The notes beneath the pieces were generated by a model. That model saw only the letters and a program-made list of their open reading frames with translations, had not been told where the DNA came from and searched no databases. Position numbers and translations under genes: made by a program. Source: Actinomycetota bacterium (GTDB lineage Bacteria > Actinomycetota > Actinomycetes > Nanopelagicales > Nanopelagicaceae). Taken from it: a stretch of DNA of 64,000 nt. The first letter of the stretch is position 1. Every line of letters starts with the position of its first letter. The stretch spans positions 5,344-69,343 of the forward strand of contig VGBN01000001.1 of NCBI GenBank assembly GCA_016870455.1. The letters run 5' to 3'. This document shows positions 29,655 through 40,329 of this stretch, piece by piece.

Positions 29655-31012
29655 GAAAACCAGATTTAAAATCGATGAAAATAGATTTAACTAAAATTAA
29701 TTATAAGAGATTAGTTGTTCCTGTTGCGCTGTTGGTCCTAGTTGGCTTTGCATATAACGCACCAGAACGTAGTCAACAAGTTAAGTTAACCTCTTCCTAT
29801 CCTGCAACGGTATGCCCGGCGATTGGTAACAAAGTATCTTCAATAGCGGCTTTAATATCTGCAAAAATAAATAGAAGATCAATTGATGGAGTTAGTAAAC
29901 GTTTGAATCCAGGTAAGAGCGGCGTTATTCCGATGAAAAATGATGCGATCTTGGTGGAGGGCAATCCAGGAACATCACTGACTTTTGCAAATGACACATG
30001 GAAAGCTGTGGTTCCCTGCTCAGTAAGCAATGGCGAACAGTGGTTTATTGGTAGCTCTGGAGCATTAACAAGTAAATCAGTTTTATTTATATCTAATAGT
30101 GGATTTAGTGACTCGGCTATTGATATTGAGATATTTACACCAAATGGAGTACAGGAACCAAGAGAGCTTGTGATCGCTCAGAATTCAACAAGAAAAATTG
30201 CAATTGACTCATTGGTTCCTGGTGAAGAGCTTATTTCAATTGCAGTTAAAACTAAATCTGGTCGAGTTAGCTCATACCTTCTAGATGAGAGAAAAAGAGG
30301 ATTGAAATCACTGGGTGCAGATTTTGTTGCACCTGTTGCAGTTGCCCGTAAGGTTGTGACCATACCAGCAATTACTGGATTACTTGATAAGTTGATTACA
30401 AACTCTAATTCAGTTTCTCACACATTGAGGTTATTGGTACCAGGCACAATTGATGCAAACATTGATGTAACTGTAAATTCAAATGATGGTAATTTCATTC
30501 CAATTGGATTGTCACAGCTTGAGGTAAAGAGTCAGCGAATTGTTAGCATTCCACTAACCTTTGCTCCAACCGGTCAGCCATTTTCCGTGATAGTTGAATC
30601 TGATCAACCTATATTTGCTTCGGTATTTTCTAATTTTACTTATGGAAAAAGTAGTGAGATTGCTTGGGCCACAGGTGCTGATGAATTACAAAAGTGGAGT
30701 GTAAATTTAACTGGTTCTCGGCCAATTTTAAATTTTGTTGGTGATCGAATCGATGTTCAGATTAGTGCTACCGGCACCAATGGAAAAAAGATAACAAAGC
30801 GAGTTACTGGGGCAAATTTTTTAACTTGGCGAGCACCAACTGGATTGAATCGACTTGATGTCACTGCAAATCGAAGTGAAATAAGTGGGGGTGTGATCTT
30901 TTTACCGGAGGTGGGCAAGATTGGTACTAGCTATCTTCCAATGAATAATGGTGCGAATTTAGAAACTGCCTCTGAGCCAATATCTGATGCCCGAGTGATC
31001 AGTCGAGGCTAA
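29651..31012 (+). CDS. Membrane-anchored extracytoplasmic protein (DUF5719-like)
   Basis: N-terminal TM segment, VCP, C....WFIG motif, beta-rich; position after the large GT2. Confidence 0.7.
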   Translation: MRKPDLKSMKIDLTKINYKRLVVPVALLVLVGFAYNAPERSQQVKLTSSYPATVCPAIGNKVSSIAALISAKINRRSIDGVSKRLNPGKSGVIPMKNDAILVEGNPGTSLTFANDTWKAVVPCSVSNGEQWFIGSSGALTSKSVLFISNSGFSDSAIDIEIFTPNGVQEPRELVIAQNSTRKIAIDSLVPGEELISIAVKTKSGRVSSYLLDERKRGLKSLGADFVAPVAVARKVVTIPAITGLLDKLITNSNSVSHTLRLLVPGTIDANIDVTVNSNDGNFIPIGLSQLEVKSQRIVSIPLTFAPTGQPFSVIVESDQPIFASVFSNFTYGKSSEIAWATGADELQKWSVNLTGSRPILNFVGDRIDVQISATGTNGKKITKRVTGANFLTWRAPTGLNRLDVTANRSEISGGVIFLPEVGKIGTSYLPMNNGANLETASEPISDARVISRG

Positions 31013-31051
31013 ATCCCAACTTTTACGCCTAAGTCGTATTAACCTGTTGGT

Positions 31052-31402
31052 ATGCGAAAATCTGGAAGTAGGCGGTGCTCCCGAGCTAGCTGCACAAGTG
31101 CCGCAATAAAAACACTTACCTACATTTATTCAGATTCAACTGCAGTCTTAGGACCTCTTTCGACCTATGCTGAACCACATAATTATGATCTGTGTGCAGT
31201 GCATAGTGAGCGTTTGACAGTTCCAGTTGGTTGGAATGTAATTAAAGAGGAGGTTGTCGACCACAACACCGGACCATCTGAAGAGGATTTAATGGCTATC
31301 GCCAATGCAGTGCGTGAGGTTGCAACCACAGATGTGGCAAACAAGAGTATGCAACCTGAGTTAGGCCGCAGAGGCCATCTTCGAGTGCTGCCTTCAAATT
31401 AA
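31052..31402 (+). CDS. DUF3499 family protein
   Basis: RRCSR.SC...TLTY.YSDSTAVLGPL...EPH.YDLC..H..RLT.P.GW. Confidence 0.9.
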   Translation: MRKSGSRRCSRASCTSAAIKTLTYIYSDSTAVLGPLSTYAEPHNYDLCAVHSERLTVPVGWNVIKEEVVDHNTGPSEEDLMAIANAVREVATTDVANKSMQPELGRRGHLRVLPSN

Positions 31403-31441
31403 TTTTTAAAAACTATCTCCAACCCGTAAGTTAAGGTCATT

Positions 31442-32788
31442 ATGTTAGAGAAGATCATCAAGGCCTACGACATCAGAGGTTTGGTAAAAGATGAGGTAAC
31501 ACCTGATTTTTCTTTTTCATTAGGTGTTGCATTTGCCAAATTTCTTGAGATAGAACGTGAGCCCGCCACAATTGTTGTTGGTGAAGATATGCGACCATCT
31601 TCAGCTCCCTTAGCTGATGCATTTTCCGATGGTGCTACTAGTCAAGGTATGGATGTAATTAGAATCGGATTGGCTTCAACAGACATGCTTTATTTTGCCT
31701 CAGGAAAATTAAATTTGCCTGGGGTTATGTTTACAGCCAGCCATAATCCTGCAAAGTACAACGGCATGAAACTTTGCAAAAGTGGGGCTCGGCCAATTGG
31801 ACAAGAATCTGGCTTGATAAAGATACGGCAACTGATAGAGGAGGGCGTGCCAATCTCTAATCGCCCAGTCGGTCATGTTAGAACCCAGGAGTTGTTGAAG
31901 GATTACGTTGATTACTTACTAGCCAGATTTCCAAAGAACACCTTTAAAAAGCGAAAGTTAAAGGTTGTAATTGATGCAGGTAACGGCATGGCAGGTTTTA
32001 CTGCGCCTGCGGTGATGGAAAAATTAAACGTTGATGTAGTACCAATGTATTTTGAGTTAGATGGAAATTTTCCAAATCATGAAGCAAACCCTATTGAACC
32101 TGAAAACTTAAAGTCACTGCAAAAACGAGTAAAAAAAGAAAAAGCAGATATTGGATTGGCCTTTGATGGTGATGCCGACCGTTGTTTTTTAATTGATGAA
32201 AATGGTGATTTGGTAAATCCCTCAGCCTTAACTGGCTTAATTGCAGTACGCGAGTTAAAGGCAAATCCAGGAGCCACAATCATTTACAACCTAATCTCTT
32301 CTAAAGCAGTACCTGAAGTGATTGCAGAAAATGGCGGAATCGCATTAAGAAGTCGGGTTGGACACTCATACATAAAATCACTCATGGCTGAGTCTGGTGC
32401 AGTATTCGGTGGAGAGCACTCCGGGCACTTCTACTTTGGTGATTTTTGGCGTGCAGATTCTGGAATGCTTGCAGCTCTATATGCGTTGGCAGAGCTGATG
32501 GCTACCCCAAAATCTCTTTCAAATCTGCTGCAACCCTTTAATAGATACTTTTCAAGCGGTGAGATTAATAGCAAAGTTAAAGATGCAAGCAAGTCGATTA
32601 AATTGATTAAAGAAAAGTACCAATCTGAGTATCAAATAGATGAGCTTGATGGTTTAACAGTTACTGCCGATAGTTGGTGGTTTAATCTTCGACCATCAAA
32701 TACCGAACCATTGCTAAGGCTAAATGTTGAGGGCGATACACAAAAACAGATGGCAGAGATTAGGGACACAGTTCTAAGCCTAATTTGA
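31442..32788 (+). CDS. Phosphomannomutase/phosphoglucomutase
   Basis: KAYDIRG, TASHNP, FDGDADR, GGEHSGH, RPSNTEPLLRLNVE. Confidence 0.93.
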   Translation: MLEKIIKAYDIRGLVKDEVTPDFSFSLGVAFAKFLEIEREPATIVVGEDMRPSSAPLADAFSDGATSQGMDVIRIGLASTDMLYFASGKLNLPGVMFTASHNPAKYNGMKLCKSGARPIGQESGLIKIRQLIEEGVPISNRPVGHVRTQELLKDYVDYLLARFPKNTFKKRKLKVVIDAGNGMAGFTAPAVMEKLNVDVVPMYFELDGNFPNHEANPIEPENLKSLQKRVKKEKADIGLAFDGDADRCFLIDENGDLVNPSALTGLIAVRELKANPGATIIYNLISSKAVPEVIAENGGIALRSRVGHSYIKSLMAESGAVFGGEHSGHFYFGDFWRADSGMLAALYALAELMATPKSLSNLLQPFNRYFSSGEINSKVKDASKSIKLIKEKYQSEYQIDELDGLTVTADSWWFNLRPSNTEPLLRLNVEGDTQKQMAEIRDTVLSLI

Positions 32789-32879
32789 AGGTGATAAATC
32801 ATTTAAGACAGGGTATCTTTGCCCTCTGACTAACGATTACTGAGCATCAGTTAAGCAGATAGATACATTAGGAGATTAA

Positions 32880-34157
32880 ATGAGTACCACCACCGCAATT
32901 AAAAATGACATTGCAGATTCAAAGTTAGCCGCTGAGGGTAAAAAGCGGATTGAGTGGGCAGCTCGTAATATGCCAGTGTTAGCGCAAATTAAGGAGCGAT
33001 TTGCAAAAGAGAAGCCATTTGCTGGAATTCGCATAGCTGCATGTATGCATGTGACAACTGAGACTGCAAATTTAATGTTGGCTTTAAAGGCAGGCGGTGC
33101 TGAACTTGCACTTTGTGCATCAAATCCACTTTCAACTCAAGATGATACTGCCGCTGCATTAGTTCATGAGTTTGGCATCTCAGTTTTTGCAAGAAATGCT
33201 GTTGATCGTGATGGTTATTACCGTCACCTTAACTCTGCACTAGATATAAAACCACAATTAGTTTTTGACGATGGCTGTGACTTAGTTAATGTGTTACATA
33301 CAACTCGCACCGAATTACTTGATGGTGTAATGGCAGGTTGTGAAGAGACAACGACTGGTGTAATTCGTCTAAGCCAAATGGCTAAAGATGGTGCACTAAA
33401 ATTTCCAATGATTGCCGTTAATGACACTGATACCAAGCACATGTTTGATAATCGCTACGGAACAGGGCAATCAACATTTGATGCAATATTTAGATCAACA
33501 AACACTTTGGTAGCAGGAAAAATTGTGGTGGTAGCTGGTTTTGGCTACTGCGGTAAAGGTGTTGCTGAGCGGGCAAAAGGTTTAGGAGCTGAAGTTATTG
33601 TTACTGAGATTGATCCAACTAAGGCTCTTGATGCATTGATGCAAGGTTTCAGAGTTATGCCGATGACACAAGCTGCTGCAATCGGCGATGTATTTATCAC
33701 GGTAACTGGAAATCGGGATGTATTACGTGATGAGCATTTCAAACAGATGAAAGATGGCGCAATCCTTGCAAATTCTGGTCACTTTGATATTGAGATTGAT
33801 GTTGCTTGGTTAGAGAAAAATGCTAAACAAAAAAATGCCAAGATGCGTTATCAAACAGATGAGTATGTAATGGCAGATGGTCGACGAATTCTGTTAATTG
33901 CTGAGGGCAGACTTGCAAATCTTGGCGCGGCCGAGGGCCATCCAGCTTCAGTAATGGATATGTCATTTTCAGATCAAGCTTTAACCGCCGAATGGCTTCT
34001 TAAAGCTGGAAAGGATCTGCCAGCTGGATTACACAATGTTCCAGTATCAATTGATAAGGATGTTGCGCGATTAAAGCTTGAAAGTATGGGTTCTTCACTG
34101 GATGTATTAACACCTGCGCAAGAGCTTTATTTGAACTCCTGGGAACACGGTTCCTAA
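32880..34157 (+). CDS. ahcY: Adenosylhomocysteinase
   Basis: SNPLSTQD, EETTTG, FDNRYGTG, GFGYCGKG, GHFD.EID, EGRLANLG..GHP. Confidence 0.96.
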   Translation: MSTTTAIKNDIADSKLAAEGKKRIEWAARNMPVLAQIKERFAKEKPFAGIRIAACMHVTTETANLMLALKAGGAELALCASNPLSTQDDTAAALVHEFGISVFARNAVDRDGYYRHLNSALDIKPQLVFDDGCDLVNVLHTTRTELLDGVMAGCEETTTGVIRLSQMAKDGALKFPMIAVNDTDTKHMFDNRYGTGQSTFDAIFRSTNTLVAGKIVVVAGFGYCGKGVAERAKGLGAEVIVTEIDPTKALDALMQGFRVMPMTQAAAIGDVFITVTGNRDVLRDEHFKQMKDGAILANSGHFDIEIDVAWLEKNAKQKNAKMRYQTDEYVMADGRRILLIAEGRLANLGAAEGHPASVMDMSFSDQALTAEWLLKAGKDLPAGLHNVPVSIDKDVARLKLESMGSSLDVLTPAQELYLNSWEHGS

Positions 34158-34832
34158 ATGCCATTAGTCATGGTTGTTGATGACGACCAAGACTTAGCAG
34201 AAATGCTTAGCATCGTTCTTACCGGCGCTGGCTTGGAGGTCGATTTAGTAGGTCGTGGCGACCAAGTGATGGATGTATTCATTAACAACGCACCCGATTT
34301 AGTTTTATTGGATGTTATGTTGCCAGGCATTGATGGGATAGAAGTTTGTAAGATCATTAGAGAAAAATCTATGGTGCCAATTGTCATGTTAACCGCTAAA
34401 GGCGATACCCAAGATGTTGTGTTAGGGCTAGAGGCTGGTGCTGATGATTACATGGTTAAACCATTCAAACCTCAAGAGTTAGTCGCTCGAATAAATACCA
34501 GGTTAAGAAGAGTTTCAAAGGTCGGCACATTAGGTATTTGTGATTTAGTTATTGACCAGATGGAACATAGGGTATTAAAGAGTGGTAAAGAAATTGCGCT
34601 AACCAGATTAGAGTTTGATTTGTTGGTAGCACTAGCAAAAGAACCAGGCCGAGTATTTACTCGCGAGGCATTATTAAGTGAGGTATGGGGTTATCAGCAT
34701 GCAGCTGACACCCGACTAGTAAATGTTCATGTCCAACGATTACGCTCCAAAATAGAGAATGATCCAGATAATCCTGAGTATGTATTAACAGTCCGGGGTG
34801 TTGGATACAAGGCGGGGGCGACTAAGGTTTAG
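34158..34832 (+). CDS. mtrA: OmpR-family response regulator MtrA
   Basis: LAEML.IVL, VWGYQHAADTRLVNVHVQRLRSK..DP..P..VLTVRGVGYKAG. Confidence 0.93.
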   Translation: MPLVMVVDDDQDLAEMLSIVLTGAGLEVDLVGRGDQVMDVFINNAPDLVLLDVMLPGIDGIEVCKIIREKSMVPIVMLTAKGDTQDVVLGLEAGADDYMVKPFKPQELVARINTRLRRVSKVGTLGICDLVIDQMEHRVLKSGKEIALTRLEFDLLVALAKEPGRVFTREALLSEVWGYQHAADTRLVNVHVQRLRSKIENDPDNPEYVLTVRGVGYKAGATKV

Positions 34833-34834
34833 CC

Positions 34835-36394
34835 ATGTTTGCCACCAAATTTAAGATCAGGCAATCACTGAGTCTTAAAGTTCTGCTAACGAGTGTTGCC
34901 TTTGCAATTGTTATTGCCTCAGTTATCGGTATTTCGGTACACAATCGAGTTGCCACCACCATCATCAACGAAAAAATAGCCATCTCTAAAATTGAGACTG
35001 CTAATGCGCTTTATCTTGCTCAAGGTCACTTTAATATTGCAAGATTCCAAAATGATGCTGGCCTAAATAAGGTAGTGCAAGATTTCATTACCTCAAGCAG
35101 AGAGGATGGATCTCTCTCCGGGCGAGAAACTGTAATTTTGCCTTTTGCAAGAAGTGGTAATGAACCAATTATTTATCAAACAGTGCCAACCCTATTAGTT
35201 TTAGATTCAATTCCAGATTCTTTTCGCGAACAGGTAAGGCAATCAGATCAAGTTTTAGATAAGCGAGTAACAATTCGGTACTCAGATGAAAATCAGTATC
35301 CAGGATTTTTAATTGGCGGAAAGTTAAATATTCCAAGAACCGGAGTTTATGAAATCTACTATTTGTTTAAATTGAACGCCCAATATGACAGTATCTCAGT
35401 CATAACTTGGACACTTCTTGCGGCAGGATTTCTCTTAGTACTACTTATTGGGTTAAGCACCCAATTTGTGATTCGCCAGGTGGTTGCACCGGTAAAACAG
35501 GCTGCTGCGGTCGCAGAAAAATTTACCCAAGGAGATTTAACAAGCCGAATGTCAGTCTCGAGTGAGGATGAGCTTGCAAGTTTGGGTAATTCATTTAATG
35601 AAATGGCAGTATCTATTCAACAACAGATTGTTCGACTTGAAAATCTTTCAATGTTGCAACAGCGATTTGTTTCAGATGTATCACATGAGTTAAGAACACC
35701 ACTTACAACTTTAAGAATGGCAGCTGAAGTGATTTACCAACAAAAAGAGAATTTTGATCCAAACATCGCAAGAAGCAGTGAATTATTGATAAATCAAATC
35801 GATCGTTTTGAATTACTACTCTCAGATTTGCTTGAAGTAAGCAGATTTGATGCAGAGGCAGCCTCATTGGGAGTAGTTACCTTTGATGTGGCACATCTGC
35901 TGCAGAAAACCGTTGATTACCTACATCCAAGCAAATCCACTTTTTTTGAAATTGATTCCCCCGGTAAACCAATTCAAATTGAGGGTGATCCAAGACGAAT
36001 TGAAAGAATATTACGTAACCTAATTACTAATGCCGTAGATCATGGCGAGGGTAAGAGCGTTAAAGTTCAAATAAGAGAGAGTGAAAATGAGGTCGCAATT
36101 GGAGTTAGAGATTACGGCCTTGGTTTTGATGAAGCAGATGCACCCTTCTTATTTGATCGATTCTGGCGAGCTGACCCATCTAGGGCTAGAAGTAGTGGCG
36201 GTACCGGGCTTGGCTTATCAATTGCGTTAGCGGATGCAAAACTTCATCAAGGTCAGCTCCTAGCCTGGGGAAAACCTCAACTCGGTGCTCACTTCGTGTT
36301 AACACTTCCTAAGCGTCACGGTAACTCTGTGCAATCATTTCCAATTCCATTAACCCCAACTGATATTTTTTCAACAGTCTCAAAGAGCTCCTAA
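34835..36394 (+). CDS. mtrB: Sensor histidine kinase MtrB
   Basis: Two TM segments, HAMP, FVSDVSHELRTPLTT, RFWRADPSRAR..GGTGLGL. Confidence 0.93.
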   Translation: MFATKFKIRQSLSLKVLLTSVAFAIVIASVIGISVHNRVATTIINEKIAISKIETANALYLAQGHFNIARFQNDAGLNKVVQDFITSSREDGSLSGRETVILPFARSGNEPIIYQTVPTLLVLDSIPDSFREQVRQSDQVLDKRVTIRYSDENQYPGFLIGGKLNIPRTGVYEIYYLFKLNAQYDSISVITWTLLAAGFLLVLLIGLSTQFVIRQVVAPVKQAAAVAEKFTQGDLTSRMSVSSEDELASLGNSFNEMAVSIQQQIVRLENLSMLQQRFVSDVSHELRTPLTTLRMAAEVIYQQKENFDPNIARSSELLINQIDRFELLLSDLLEVSRFDAEAASLGVVTFDVAHLLQKTVDYLHPSKSTFFEIDSPGKPIQIEGDPRRIERILRNLITNAVDHGEGKSVKVQIRESENEVAIGVRDYGLGFDEADAPFLFDRFWRADPSRARSSGGTGLGLSIALADAKLHQGQLLAWGKPQLGAHFVLTLPKRHGNSVQSFPIPLTPTDIFSTVSKSS

Positions 36395-36425
36395 CAATTT
36401 TCTTGGCATTTGTTATAAATAAAGG

Positions 36426-37097
36426 GTGCTTGATTCCCTAAAATCATTGAAAGAGTTGCTCTTTCCATTACTTTGTCTAAGTTGTTCTAATACCTCATTT
36501 TGGCTATGTCCAGATTGTCTGAAATATTGGATGGTTCAGACAAAGAAAACTTCTATTGGGCCAAATCCCATCTTCTTCAAAACTGATTACAATCTTAGAA
36601 CTGCTGCGGTGCTACTGGCTGCCAAAGAAAACGCAAATTCAAAGGCAATAAAATTGCTTGCAAATAGCATTTCACAATCAATTACCTTTGCACTACAGCA
36701 GTTGCAGGTGCCAGGAGAGATCACACTTATAACAATTCCATCCTCAGCTGCAGCAATTAGAAGACGCGGACGAGATCATATTCAAGAACTTGCTAAAGAG
36801 GTTCAAATAATTCTTACCGCCAACTCAATAAAATCAAACCTAATTGCACCACTTAAACCAAAGAAAAACTTGAAAGATCAAAGTGGTTTAAACAGCAGTC
36901 AGCGAAGAGAAAATACGCAAGGGATGTTTGAGGTAACTTCCTGCGAAATACCTTATGGGTCAGTTTTCCTCATTGATGATCTAGTCACCACCGGAGCATC
37001 AATAACTGAGGGGATAAGGGCGTTATTTGAAGCCAAAATCACGATAACAGCCGCTGTTACAGCGTGTGCTGTGGGCCGAAATTCTCTAATACCATAA
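36426..37097 (+). CDS. comF: ComF family protein (Zn finger plus PRTase)
   Basis: CxxC..CxxC, RRRG.DH, DQSGL....R..N, LIDDLVTTGAS. Confidence 0.85.
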   Translation: MLDSLKSLKELLFPLLCLSCSNTSFWLCPDCLKYWMVQTKKTSIGPNPIFFKTDYNLRTAAVLLAAKENANSKAIKLLANSISQSITFALQQLQVPGEITLITIPSSAAAIRRRGRDHIQELAKEVQIILTANSIKSNLIAPLKPKKNLKDQSGLNSSQRRENTQGMFEVTSCEIPYGSVFLIDDLVTTGASITEGIRALFEAKITITAAVTACAVGRNSLIP

Positions 37098-37146
37098 GCC
37101 ACTGAGCATTTATAAAATACTTTCAAGAGGCTAGCGGAGGATCTTT

Positions 37147-39807
37147 GTGGGTTTAGTTGACAAGATTTTGCGTGCCGGTGAAGGCAAAGCGGTAAAGCAG
37201 TTAACCAAGATAGCTCAAGAGGTAAATACCTTTGAAAGTCAGATTTCTACTTTAAGTGATGATGCCTTAAGAAATAAAACTGCTGCATTTAAACTTCGAT
37301 ATGAAAATGGCGAAACATTAGATTCGATTTTGCCAGAAGCTTTTGCAGTTGTGCGTGAAGCTGCAAAGCGAACCTTAGGACAACGTCATTACGATGTTCA
37401 GATCATGGGCGGTGCCGCATTGCATCGAGGCAATATTGCCGAAATGAAAACAGGTGAAGGTAAGACTTTAGTATCTACTCTACCGGCTTATCTAAATGCA
37501 CTAACTGGCAAAGGTGTGCACATTGTTACTGTAAATGATTACTTAGCAGAGCGTGATAGTGAATGGATGGGTCGTGTTCATAGATTTCTTGGTTTAAAGG
37601 TTGGTGTAATTCTTGCCAGCATGTCACCGACTGAACGCCGTGTGGCATATTCTGCCGATATAACTTATGGAACAAATAATGAGTTTGGTTTTGATTACCT
37701 GCGTGACAATATGGCTTGGAGTCTAGTTGATTGTGTGCAACGGGGACATAACTTTGCAATCGTTGATGAGGTCGACTCAATATTAATTGATGAGGCAAGA
37801 ACTCCCCTAATTATCTCTGGTCCAGCAGATAAGCCCACAAAGTGGTACGTAGAGTTTGCTAATTTGGTTGCCAGATTAACTCTTGGTCAACATTATGAGG
37901 TTGATGTTAAGAAACGAACTGTCGGCATTTTGGAAGAGGGCGTAACCCGGGTTGAAGAGGCATTGGGAATTGAGAATTTATATGAAGCGGTAAATACTCC
38001 AATGATTGGGTATCTAAACAATGCCATTCGAGCTAAAGAGTTGTTTAAGCGTGATAAAGATTATGTGGTGATGAATGGTGAGCTATTAATTGTCGATGAG
38101 CACACTGGACGAATGCTTGCTGGTCGACGTTATAGCGAAGGACTTCACCAAGCATTAGAGGCAAAAGAGCGGATTGAGATTCAGAACGAGAATCAAACAT
38201 TGGCAACCATTACCTTACAAAACTACTTCAGATTGTATGAAAAATTAAGTGGTATGACCGGAACGGCCATGACCGAAGCATCTGAGTTTATGCAAATTTA
38301 TAAATTAGGTGTGATTCCAATACCAACTAACAAAGAGATGCAGCGAATTGACCAATCCGACCTGATCTACAAATCTGAGGCTGGCAAATTTATTTCAGTT
38401 GCCAATGACATTGTGGATCGCCATAAAAAAGGTCAACCAGTATTAGTAGGAACAGTTAGTGTTGAAAAATCCGAAGAGCTATCTACCATATTGAAAAAAC
38501 GTGGCGTCCCACATGAAGTTTTAAACGCAAAGCAGCATGAACGCGAAGCTGCCATTATTGCTCGAGCTGGCACAGTAGGGGCAGTAACTGTTGCAACCAA
38601 TATGGCAGGTCGAGGAACTGACATCATGCTTGGCGGAAACCCTGAGTTTATGGCTGACTTTGAATTACAACGCAAAGGATTAAATCCAGTTGAGTCTCCA
38701 CAAGAGTATGAAAGAGCATGGCCGGTGGAGATTGAAAAACAACGTGCAGCTGTTGCAAAAGAGCATGACACAGTAGTTTCGCTAGGTGGACTTTATGTTT
38801 TAGGTACCGAGCGTCATGAGTCACGGCGAATTGATAATCAGTTACGAGGACGCTCTGGTCGCCAAGGTGATCCAGGTGAGTCTAGATTTTACCTATCACT
38901 ACAAGATGAGTTAATGCGCAGATTCAACTCTGGCTTGGTGGAAAGATTTTTAGGCGCAGCAGGAATGCCAGAAGAGACTCCATTGGAGTCCAAGATAGTA
39001 AGTAATGCCATCAAATCAGCTCAAACTCAAGTGGAGTCATTAAATTTTGAAATGCGCAAGAATGTTTTGAAGTATGACGATGTTATGAACAAGCAACGTG
39101 AGGTTGTTTATTCAGAGCGACGTGAGATTTTAGAGGGCGCTGATATCAAAGAGCTAGTTGAGGTTTCATTGGAACAGACCATTACTGCATATGTTAATTC
39201 CGCAACCCAAACTGGAGTGGCAGAGGATTGGGATTTAAAGACACTCTGGAATGCCTTAAAAGTTTTGTACCCAATTTCCTTCACCGCTGAGCAAATGTTG
39301 GATGAGATTGGTGGCGCAGTAGCTCTAGATGGAGAGTATCTGCTGGAACGAATTTTGCAGGATTCAAGGCAGGCATATGAAAAGCGAGAAGCGGAGTTAA
39401 CACCTTCGGTAATGCGCGAACTTGAGCGAAAGATTCTTCTTTCGGTGTTAGACCGTAAATGGCGTGAGCATCTTTATGAGATGGATTATCTGCAAGAGGG
39501 CATTGGCTTGCGTGCTATGGCTCAGCGTGATCCATTAGTTGAGTATCAACGCGAGGGATTTGATTTGTTCACGGCGATGATGGATGCAGTAAAAGAGGAG
39601 TTAGTAAGTTTTGTATTTAATGTTGAGGTTCAGGTGGAGGGAGATCAGGTTGGTGCTAAAGGATTAACCCCAGCACCTGCCCCAGTTGCAGCCTTGCAGT
39701 ACTCTGCTGCAGATGTTGAACCAGCCGCAGCTACTGGAACTTCAAGAAATGCCCCATGTCCATGTGGATCAGGCAAGAAGTACAAAAGGTGTCACGGACA
39801 AAGTTAA
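37147..39807 (+). CDS. secA: Preprotein translocase ATPase SecA
   Basis: [34 protein letters not shown]-terminal [13 protein letters not shown]. Confidence 0.98.
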   Translation: MGLVDKILRAGEGKAVKQLTKIAQEVNTFESQISTLSDDALRNKTAAFKLRYENGETLDSILPEAFAVVREAAKRTLGQRHYDVQIMGGAALHRGNIAEMKTGEGKTLVSTLPAYLNALTGKGVHIVTVNDYLAERDSEWMGRVHRFLGLKVGVILASMSPTERRVAYSADITYGTNNEFGFDYLRDNMAWSLVDCVQRGHNFAIVDEVDSILIDEARTPLIISGPADKPTKWYVEFANLVARLTLGQHYEVDVKKRTVGILEEGVTRVEEALGIENLYEAVNTPMIGYLNNAIRAKELFKRDKDYVVMNGELLIVDEHTGRMLAGRRYSEGLHQALEAKERIEIQNENQTLATITLQNYFRLYEKLSGMTGTAMTEASEFMQIYKLGVIPIPTNKEMQRIDQSDLIYKSEAGKFISVANDIVDRHKKGQPVLVGTVSVEKSEELSTILKKRGVPHEVLNAKQHEREAAIIARAGTVGAVTVATNMAGRGTDIMLGGNPEFMADFELQRKGLNPVESPQEYERAWPVEIEKQRAAVAKEHDTVVSLGGLYVLGTERHESRRIDNQLRGRSGRQGDPGESRFYLSLQDELMRRFNSGLVERFLGAAGMPEETPLESKIVSNAIKSAQTQVESLNFEMRKNVLKYDDVMNKQREVVYSERREILEGADIKELVEVSLEQTITAYVNSATQTGVAEDWDLKTLWNALKVLYPISFTAEQMLDEIGGAVALDGEYLLERILQDSRQAYEKREAELTPSVMRELERKILLSVLDRKWREHLYEMDYLQEGIGLRAMAQRDPLVEYQREGFDLFTAMMDAVKEELVSFVFNVEVQVEGDQVGAKGLTPAPAPVAALQYSAADVEPAAATGTSRNAPCPCGSGKKYKRCHGQS

Positions 39808-40244
39808 ATAAGATTTAATTCGGTGCAGATCCACCGTTTATCGACACCCTCTAATCTTAAAGAAAGTGATCTAACTCGATCTTTTATTCTTAAGGTAGCA
39901 GTAACCTCAACTACTCCCTCAATTGGCTGACTAATATAAATTTTCCGCACCCAACATTTTTTTGTTGCAGAGCTTATTTGATTAGTTATTTCTCGCTGGG
40001 CTGACCGGTGGCAATGTCGAGATAATTGAGCGATTGATCTGCGGCCAGACCAAACTTCAAGGATTTTGATTACAAAGTTTTCACTCCATTTGTTTACCTC
40101 AGGTAATTCAGATAAGGGTGAGGGGATTGGTGAAAATTTTGGGTGCAGCCACTCCTCACCAAACTCCCTATCAGGTGTTGGAACTAAATAAAGCTTTCTT
40201 TTTTGCACTTGCTCTTGGGTATTAATTGATGCAGTTAAGGTCAT
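39804..40244 (-). CDS. Rv3235-family protein
   Basis: EV.SGRRS..QL, QP.EGVVE, RVR...LRLE..D.RW.CT.L; convergent with secA as in other actinobacteria. Confidence 0.8.
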   Translation of the reverse strand: MTLTASINTQEQVQKRKLYLVPTPDREFGEEWLHPKFSPIPSPLSELPEVNKWSENFVIKILEVWSGRRSIAQLSRHCHRSAQREITNQISSATKKCWVRKIYISQPIEGVVEVTATLRIKDRVRSLSLRLEGVDKRWICTELNLI

Positions 40245-40329
40245 AAGCAAACTTTGATTTACTTACCAAATTTTCAAATCATCCGTTCGGATGATCTTTA
40301 TAACTAGCCAATTCTGGTAAAACCTATCA

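Noticed and set aside
37101-37109. ACTGAGCAT shared by the secA and ahcY (32839-32847) upstream regions
   Set aside because: A single 9-mer match without shared flanking structure is compatible with chance.
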